The notes beneath the pieces are model-generated. The model saw only the letters and a program-made list of their open reading frames with translations, was not told the DNA's origin and did not search any database. Of a stretch of DNA of 13,503 nt, positions 1 through 5,367 are shown piece by piece; within the stretch, counting starts at the first letter, position 1, and each line of letters starts with the position of its first letter. A program made the position numbers and the translations under genes. Source of the stretch: Atribacterota bacterium (GTDB lineage Bacteria > Atribacterota > Phoenicimicrobiia > Phoenicimicrobiales > Stramentimicrobiaceae); contig JAXGNR010000019.1 of NCBI GenBank assembly GCA_040767965.1, forward strand, positions 1 to 13,503. The letters are read 5' to 3'.

Positions 1-324
1 TTCAAATTGCATATTTTCAAAGGTTATATATTCTGTAAAATCCTCTTTTAGAAGAATATCTTCAATTTTTTCAATGGGAAAACCCAGGGCATATAAAGCC
101 CCTACAAGGCTACCAATACTAGTACCTGCTATATAATCAATATTTATACCTTCCTTTTCCAGTATCTTGATCACACCGATATGGGCAAATCCTCGGGCTC
201 CTCCTTCACCCAAAGCTAATCCGATTTTAGGCTCGCCCTTCGCAGCTGATATTCCTGGAAAGAGCAGAATAAATACTACTATTATTAAGATATACTTATA
301 AATATAATTATTTTTCCTTATCAT
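1..324 (-). CDS. Patatin-like phospholipase with N-terminal signal peptide (5' part only; runs off the window edge)
   Basis: Manual translation of the minus strand from ATG 324: [108 protein letters not shown]. Contains the glycine-rich oxyanion block ([15 protein letters not shown]) and the nucleophile motif GTSIG (GxSxG). An in-frame ATG at 333 overlaps the predicted -10 box, so 324 is preferred. Confidence 0.93.
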   Translation of the reverse strand, partial: MIRKNNYIYKYILIIVVFILLFPGISAAKGEPKIGLALGEGGARGFAHIGVIKILEKEGINIDYIAGTSIGSLVGALYALGFPIEKIEDILLKEDFTEYITFENMQFE

Positions 325-331
325 GCTTATC

Positions 332-360
332 ATTATAGATGATTGCCCATACCCGCGCAA
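332..360 (-). promoter_or_regulatory. Sigma70-type promoter for the patatin gene
   Basis: Minus strand reads TTGCGC (360-355), 17-nt spacer, TATAAT (337-332), then 7 nt to ATG 324. Confidence 0.7.
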
Positions 361-387
361 GTAATAAAACATTGGGAAAAAATGAGC

Positions 388-415
388 AGCCGTTAGCCGT
401 TGGTATTTAGTATTA
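388..415. repeat. Degenerate 7-nt tandem array
   Basis: agccgtt agccgtt ggtattt agtatta. Confidence 0.5.
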
Positions 416-421
416 ATTTTT

Positions 422-498
422 CTGAAAACCCTTTTATTACTGGATTTATTATAATTTTTATTTCTTTTACGATATACGTTATACGGTATACTTTATAC
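422..498 (+). repeat. 77-bp direct repeat, copy 1 (ends in a 7-nt nnnATAC tandem array)
   Basis: 71/77 identical to 3268-3344 by manual alignment; first 41 nt identical; heptamers gatatac gttatac ggtatac tttatac at 471-498. Confidence 0.92.
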
Positions 499-532
499 TA
501 TTCACTATTTTAACTGTCATACATGCCAACTG

Positions 533-573
533 TTCCCCTCTCCCCTTGGAGGGAGAGGGATAGGGTGAGGGGG
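533..573. repeat. BoxC-like GC-rich palindromic repeat, copy 1
   Basis: Stem ccctctccc (536-544) / gggagaggg (551-559) with 6-nt loop and tail atagggtgaggggg; the reverse complement CCCCTCACCCTATCCCTCTCCC...GGGGAGAGGGGA resembles the BoxC-type extragenic repeat as recalled. Confidence 0.7.
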
Positions 574-609
574 AGTAAATTTAAGAAGAATATCCCAAAA
601 TATATGCTT

Positions 610-650
610 AGGTTTATTTTTCTGAAAACCAAAAACTGATAACTGAAAAC
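610..650 (+). repeat. Second direct repeat, copy 1, containing a CTGAAAA-type heptamer array
   Basis: aggtttattttt ctgaaaa ccaaaaa ctgataa ctgaaaa c; matches 3233-3275 with a 2-nt indel and 4 mismatches. Confidence 0.75.
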
Positions 651-659
651 TTTTATATT

Positions 660-691
660 TAATTGGTAAACCGGTTAATTGGCTAATTGGT
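660..691. repeat. 8-nt tandem array
   Basis: taattggt aaaccggt taattggc taattggt. Confidence 0.7.
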
Positions 692-757
692 TAGTTATAT
701 GAATCGGCTATTATTGTTATTTACCCTCCCCTTGAGGGAAGGATTTCCCCATTTTGT

Positions 758-798
758 TTCCTCCCCCTTGGGGGGGGGGGAGGAGTAAGGTGGGGGTG
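758..798. repeat. BoxC-like GC-rich palindromic repeat, divergent copy 2 (a decayed partial copy lies at 724-742)
   Basis: Stem tcctccccc (759-767) / gggggagga (776-784) overlapping a G11 run (770-780), tail gtaaggtgggggtg; same hairpin plus G-rich tail architecture and orientation as 533-573. Confidence 0.6.
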
Positions 799-894
799 TA
801 TTTTGGGAAATTTTGTCAGTTGCCTTTTCACACATCATCTGTTCCAGATCAACAAATAAATATGACTATTTTAGAGTCTATTCGAAAAAAAGTC

Positions 895-975
895 TTGACT
901 ATTACCGAGTACAGTAATAATTTACTAAAAAACTAGTCTATAAAACAGGAAATATAAGTTTGTTTTTGGTAAAAT
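895..975 (+). promoter_or_regulatory. Candidate promoter(s) of the AbiE-type operon
   Basis: TTGACT (895-900)-17 nt-TAATTT (918-923), and an extended -10 TGgTAAAAT (967-975); SD AAGGAG at 1001-1006. AT-rich context lowers specificity. Confidence 0.4.
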
Positions 976-1010
976 AGTATAAGGTTTGTCTTGGATAACG
1001 AAGGAGAAAA

Positions 1011-1733
1011 ATGACTAAGCTAACCATAAAGGACTATATTGTAAAGTACTCAAAAGAAAAATCCTATTTTCATCTAGATGAAATAAAAAATTATTTGGTT
1101 GAAAATAAAATAAATTTTAAACAGGATACTCTAAAAAAATATATATATTTTCTTAAAAAAGAAAAAAAACTTTATTCAGCAGGTAGAGGTTGGTATTCTA
1201 ATATTGAAAAAGAATTTAAATTAGACAAACAATCCATTGAGGATATTGTACAAACAATCCATTCAGAATATCCGCTATTAGATTTTTCTTGCTGGAGTAC
1301 AGAACAAATAAAAGGGTACTTTCAACATTTACCCAGCCAGTTTGTAACTTTTATTTATTCTGAAGTAGATTATCTATCCACGATTAAAGACTTTTTAATT
1401 GAAAAAAATTATAATGTTTATCTTAATCCACATAAGCAAGAGATAGAAAAGTTCGTAGAACTAAAGAATAGGATAAATATTATTTTAAGACCCTCTATTT
1501 TAGGTCGAATAACTAGAGAAAATAGTTTTGACAGAATTGAAAAAATACTTGTTGATTTGTTTATAGAAATAGAAAGAATAAATTTAATTAATCAAAATGA
1601 ATATTTAGAAATTATAGCGAATATACTTTTAAATAATCGTATTAATATATCTGAAATGATTGATTATGCTTATAATAGAAAGATAGTAAGTAAGATAAAT
1701 AAAATATTAAAAGAAGTAAGGGAAATCCACTAA
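1011..1733 (+). CDS. Probable AbiEi-type antitoxin / winged-HTH regulator (DUF6577-like)
   Basis: 240 aa; N-terminal wHTH-like segment ending LKKEKKLYSAGRGWYS; EKILVDLF resembles the ERTLVD-type motif of AbiEi C-terminal domains; directly upstream of an AbiEii-like gene; good SD. Confidence 0.75.
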   Translation: MTKLTIKDYIVKYSKEKSYFHLDEIKNYLVENKINFKQDTLKKYIYFLKKEKKLYSAGRGWYSNIEKEFKLDKQSIEDIVQTIHSEYPLLDFSCWSTEQIKGYFQHLPSQFVTFIYSEVDYLSTIKDFLIEKNYNVYLNPHKQEIEKFVELKNRINIILRPSILGRITRENSFDRIEKILVDLFIEIERINLINQNEYLEIIANILLNNRINISEMIDYAYNRKIVSKINKILKEVREIH

Positions 1734-1768
1734 TGCGACATTATTATATTATGTCGCATTAGTGGATT
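1724..1768. promoter_or_regulatory. Perfect 18-bp inverted repeat with 9-nt loop between antitoxin and toxin genes
   Basis: aatccactaatgcgacat (1724-1741) / tattatatt / atgtcgcattagtggatt (1751-1768). The structure is certain; the regulatory role is inferred. Confidence 0.85.
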
Positions 1769-1777
1769 ATTTTACAA

Positions 1778-2842
1778 TTGATTAAAAAGAAATGCTTTGC
1801 AAAAAATTGGATAATAAAAAAACATAAAGAATTAAAAGCAGACCCTTTATTAATAGAGAAGGCTATTTATGCTTTTGAGCTACTTGGAACCCTGGTTAAC
1901 AGTGGTGTGGAACTTATTTTCAAGGGTGGAACCGGGTTAATTTTACTTTTACCTGAAATTAAAAGGCTATCAATAGATATTGATATAGTTAGTCGGTCAA
2001 AAGAAGAGGATTTACTTAAGTCAATAGATGAAATAGTTACCGCAGGCGTATTTAACAGATGTGAAGAAGATATTCGTATTTTTAATAGAAAGATAGATAA
2101 AAAACATTATAAGTTTTATTATGATTCAATCATAGAAAACAGGCAATCTTATATACTTTTGGATATTGTTTCCTCAGATTATTCATTTATAAACACCACA
2201 GAGAAATTAGTAGATATCCCGCTGTTTGAAATAGAAAAAGAAGTAAAAGTAATAATGCCCACAGTAAATTCCTATATTGCTGATAAACTAACAGCTTTTG
2301 CACCACGGACTATTGGTATTCCTTTTGGAAAAAATAAATCTATGGAAATTATTAAGCAACTTTATGACCTGGATAATTTATTTACTGAAATTGACGACCT
2401 TTCAGAGATTGATAAAGTATATAGAAAGGTTGCTCAATCGGAGGCTTCTTATCGTGATTTAGATGATTCAATAGATAGTTTTTTAAAGGATTCTATTGGA
2501 ACTTCATTTTTAATAAGTCAATTAGATTTTCGAAAGTGCATAGAAAATAGTTATACTAAAGAATTAAGAGAAGGGATCAAACAAATAAAAAGTCATATAA
2601 TTGGGGGGAAGTATTCTTTGCTCAAAGCAAAGGAAAGTGCTTCAAAAATTGCTTGTTTAGCGTCATTGATATTAAGCAGAAAAACAAATTTTGATATTAA
2701 GGAATTGGAATTTAAAGAGAAAGATACAGCAAAGATAAGAGAAATTGAATTGAAAAACAAATTTGCCATTTTAAACAAACTAAAACCTATTTCTCCAGAA
2801 AGTTTCTACTTATGGAATATTGCCACCGAATTAATAGAATAA
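1778..2842 (+). CDS. abiEii: AbiEii/AbiGii-family nucleotidyltransferase toxin (type IV TA)
   Basis: 354 aa, TTG start; Pol-beta-superfamily signature FKGGT...RLSIDID, plus IADKLTAF and KQLYD motifs typical of AbiEii-like proteins. Confidence 0.9.
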   Translation: MIKKKCFAKNWIIKKHKELKADPLLIEKAIYAFELLGTLVNSGVELIFKGGTGLILLLPEIKRLSIDIDIVSRSKEEDLLKSIDEIVTAGVFNRCEEDIRIFNRKIDKKHYKFYYDSIIENRQSYILLDIVSSDYSFINTTEKLVDIPLFEIEKEVKVIMPTVNSYIADKLTAFAPRTIGIPFGKNKSMEIIKQLYDLDNLFTEIDDLSEIDKVYRKVAQSEASYRDLDDSIDSFLKDSIGTSFLISQLDFRKCIENSYTKELREGIKQIKSHIIGGKYSLLKAKESASKIACLASLILSRKTNFDIKELEFKEKDTAKIREIELKNKFAILNKLKPISPESFYLWNIATELIE

Positions 2843-3051
2843 GGGAAACGGTGTTGTCCATAAACAAAAAAGGAAAGATTACTAATAAGGAATATAGGAC
2901 TATGTTTAATATTTCAGATAGAACTGCCTTAACTGATCTTAATGATTTAAGGGGTAAAGGTCTTTTGGAAAAGACCGGAATTACTGGTATAGGTATTGCC
3001 TACAATCTAACCCGAAATAAACCCGAAAAACCCGAAACGAACCCGAAATAA
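2812..3051 (+). CDS. Small winged-HTH protein or gene remnant (similar to C-terminal wHTH of ATPase/RecG-C-terminal-like or Fic-type regulators); alternative start GTG 2851
   Basis: KGKITNKEYRTMFNISDRTALTDLNDLRGKGLLEKTG...AY is a recognisable wHTH pattern; in-frame GTG at 2851 follows TAAGGGA (2840-2846) just after the abiEii stop. Confidence 0.6.
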   Translation: MEYCHRINRIRETVLSINKKGKITNKEYRTMFNISDRTALTDLNDLRGKGLLEKTGITGIGIAYNLTRNKPEKPETNPK

Positions 3052-3058
3052 ACCCGAA
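3009..3058 (+). repeat. Five copies of AACCCGAA, spaced 11/9/11/11 nt
   Basis: Copies begin at 3009, 3020, 3029, 3040 and 3051. Confidence 0.92.
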
Positions 3059-3189
3059 GGTTGTATATATGTAAGTAAATAAAAACTTTATATTTACTTG
3101 GCGATTTTGGCGATTATCTGGTGATTAGAAACCTTGTTTTAATGTAAAAAATATTTTCTATTTATTTTTCTTAATTGTGAATGATCTAT

Positions 3190-3233
3190 CATTCCATTAT
3201 TGCAAGATTCCAACATTGCAAAAAATATTCCAA
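3190..3233. repeat. 8-nt tandem array (nATTSCAA)
   Basis: cattccat tattgcaa gattccaa cattgcaa (aaaa) tattccaa. Confidence 0.7.
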
Positions 3234-3275
3234 GGTTTATTTTTCACTGAAAACCGATAACTGTCAACTGAAAAC
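3233..3275 (+). repeat. Second direct repeat, copy 2
   Basis: aggtttattttt ca ctgaaaa ccgataa ctgtcaa ctgaaaa c; matches 610-650. Confidence 0.75.
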
Positions 3276-3344
3276 CCTTTTATTACTGGATTTATTATAA
3301 TTTTTATTCCTTTTACGATATACTCTATACGTAATACTATATAC
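3268..3344 (+). repeat. 77-bp direct repeat, copy 2
   Basis: 71/77 identical to 422-498; offset 2846 nt. Confidence 0.92.
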
Positions 3345-3403
3345 GATTTTCACTGGTCAACTGATAAATTTAAATTCTTACACTTTCATTTTATTTAATA
3401 TAT

Positions 3404-3443
3404 TTGACCGGCAGACTGGGTGACTGGAAGACTGGTGGACTAG
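3404..3443. repeat. 8-nt tandem array (nnGACTGG)
   Basis: ttgaccgg cagactgg gtgactgg aagactgg tggactag. Confidence 0.8.
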
Positions 3444-3458
3444 TATTTATTTTATCTC

Positions 3459-3628
3459 TTGCAATTTACATTTCTAATTTGCTAAAATGAAAAAGGTGTT
3501 GTAATAAAAATATTAACACTTATAATATTTTTTCCATCACTTAATTAAACACTGCTTATATTAATAACATTTTGAAAATAACTCTTGGTAATTCCTGACA
3601 TACAGTAGTCACAAGCAAATGTTATACT
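3459..3628 (+). promoter_or_regulatory. Two candidate extended -10 promoters for the lipoprotein gene
   Basis: TTGCAA (3459-3464)-18 nt-TAAAAT (3483-3488) with TG at 3480-3481; TGtTATACT at 3620-3628; SD AGGAGG at 3682-3687. Confidence 0.4.
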
Positions 3629-3693
3629 AAAGATGATAGTTTCTATTTCCGAAAGACATATAACCTTTACCACAAAAAATCAGGAGGTTTATT

Positions 3694-4359
3694 TTGAAAA
3701 AGAAAAATTTGTTTCAACTATTGTTTTTACTGAGTGTGCTTGTTTTTACCATTGGTTGTAGCGGTACTTTTGATATTTATACCTACACGAGTGACTTAAT
3801 AGATGTTGCCGAGTCAAAAGAGGATTTGTTATACAGCAATGTAAACGTTGTTGTAGTTGGTTTAGATTCAGAAGGAGATATTGCATTTTTAAGAAATAAC
3901 CTTGATTCTTTTTCAAACGAAAGAATAGTAGAAGTTGAGTATATGGATTCATTGTCATTTGATACTAAAATCCCGATTATTTCAGAAGATTACCATGGCA
4001 ATCATGATTTTAGTAAAAATATTATCTACTTATTGGCTTCTGAAGATGAAGAAAATTATAATTTTAGAGTCCAGTATAACGAAGACTTATTAAAAAGAAT
4101 AAACCAATACATTTATGATGAGTATTTTCAAAAAGCTGTCTTTGATGATTTTAATGTTAAAATGACCCTTGATAATGATATAAGAGGGGAAGACCTTTCA
4201 TTAACTGCTTATAGTGTTTATGTCCTGGGAGAGGCTTATCCATTTGAGTATAAGAAAAATTTAGCACATAGAGAAAAGCTGGAAATCGAAATAAGCGAAG
4301 TTTTCAGAAAAGGGATTATAGCCGGAACAAATTATATTTTGTTTAGTATTAACAAATAA
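3694..4359 (+). CDS. Uncharacterised lipoprotein
   Basis: 221 aa, TTG start with strong SD; MKKK, hydrophobic stretch and lipobox-like TIG-C (Cys23); acidic mature domain; no family recognised. Confidence 0.8.
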   Translation: MKKKNLFQLLFLLSVLVFTIGCSGTFDIYTYTSDLIDVAESKEDLLYSNVNVVVVGLDSEGDIAFLRNNLDSFSNERIVEVEYMDSLSFDTKIPIISEDYHGNHDFSKNIIYLLASEDEENYNFRVQYNEDLLKRINQYIYDEYFQKAVFDDFNVKMTLDNDIRGEDLSLTAYSVYVLGEAYPFEYKKNLAHREKLEIEISEVFRKGIIAGTNYILFSINK

Positions 4360-4585
4360 ATGATAAATAATGATTACCTAAACTGAATAATGTTTTTTTA
4401 TGGAATTTTACTTTTATATTTGGTATTATTAACAAAGTGATATTAAAGATAAGAAACTAAAATATCTATTCTATACAACAAAACTTTTTAATATTATATT
4501 TAATAACTGCAATTGTTTTTTCATATGACTAAGTAGTATAAATTAGAATTAGGAACAATAAAAGAGAAAGATACCAATATTTGAT

Positions 4586-5260
4586 ATGGCTAAAATTAAG
4601 GACTTACCAAAACACAAAAGGCCAAGAGAGAAATTAACAGAAAGAGGTGCGGAAAACCTTACCAATGCAGAACTTTTGGCAATTTTAATTCGCACCGGTC
4701 GTACCGGTAAAAGCGCACTGGATATTGCCAAAGAAACCTTAAAGAAATATCCACTGAGCAGACTATTATCAGTCACTCAGGATGAATTGCATAATATCAG
4801 AGGATTGGAAGGAACAAAATCAATCACTATTCAGGCAGCGCTGGAGCTTGGGAGAAGGGCTTCCGGAGCTTTTGATGATTCTCTGCCCATTATAGATTCC
4901 GTCAACGCTACACTTGCTCAGCTTCATGATATTCGCACTAAACAAAAGGAATACTTTCTAGTCTTATATTTAAACGCCCGAAAACAGTTAATACGAAAAG
5001 AAACGATTTCTATTGGGACTCTTACAGAAACATTAGTCCATCCCAGAGAAGTGTTTCAGCCTGCCATCAGCTGCTTTGCCTGCTCGATTATTTTAGCTCA
5101 TAATCATCCGGATAATAATATTGAAATTTCAGATGCTGATCAAAAAATGACTGAAAAATTAATTCAATCCGGTGCTATCCTGGATATTGAAGTTATTGAT
5201 CATATTATTGTAACTAACAATAATTATATTAGTTTTAAAGAAAAAGGAGTATTATTTTAA
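4586..5260 (+). CDS. radC: RadC (UPF0758) JAB/MPN-domain protein
   Basis: 224 aa; RPREKL...L..AELLAILIRTG N-terminus, HhH region, GTLTETLVHPREVF, HNHP...S..D, DHIIV. Confidence 0.96.
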   Translation: MAKIKDLPKHKRPREKLTERGAENLTNAELLAILIRTGRTGKSALDIAKETLKKYPLSRLLSVTQDELHNIRGLEGTKSITIQAALELGRRASGAFDDSLPIIDSVNATLAQLHDIRTKQKEYFLVLYLNARKQLIRKETISIGTLTETLVHPREVFQPAISCFACSIILAHNHPDNNIEISDADQKMTEKLIQSGAILDIEVIDHIIVTNNNYISFKEKGVLF

Positions 5261-5367
5261 ACCTTTTGCCCCGCTGGTTTATTGCAATGCCTAAAAGGTT
5301 AAGAAAAAATTTAAAATAAGTCAAACAGAATAAATAGTCGATCTATATCAGGAAAGGGAACTTTAAA

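Noticed and set aside
770-780. G11 run as a phase-variation switch
   Set aside because: Not in a credible CDS or between promoter boxes; it is part of a palindromic repeat, and homopolymer length may be a sequencing artefact.
754-936. 60-aa ORF from the track
   Set aside because: Starts within the GC-rich palindrome/G-run (PPPWGGG), has no SD or recognisable motif, and overlaps the predicted abiE promoter.
3098-3115. TTGGCGATT duplicated in tandem
   Set aside because: Only two 9-nt copies; insufficient to assign meaning.
388-3443. CRISPR array
   Set aside because: Repeats are 7-11 nt tandem units or two-copy repeats; there are no 23-47 nt repeats with unique spacers and no cas genes.
2593-4776. 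Minus-strand ORFs 2593-2778, 3746-3958, 4549-4776
   Set aside because: Antisense shadows of well-supported plus-strand genes, with no motifs.
5259-5303. AACCTTTT...AAAAGGTT inverted repeat as attC site or terminator
   Set aside because: Only a short AT-rich stem; no proper RYYYAAC/GTTRRRY boxes, no integron integrase and no U-tract after it.
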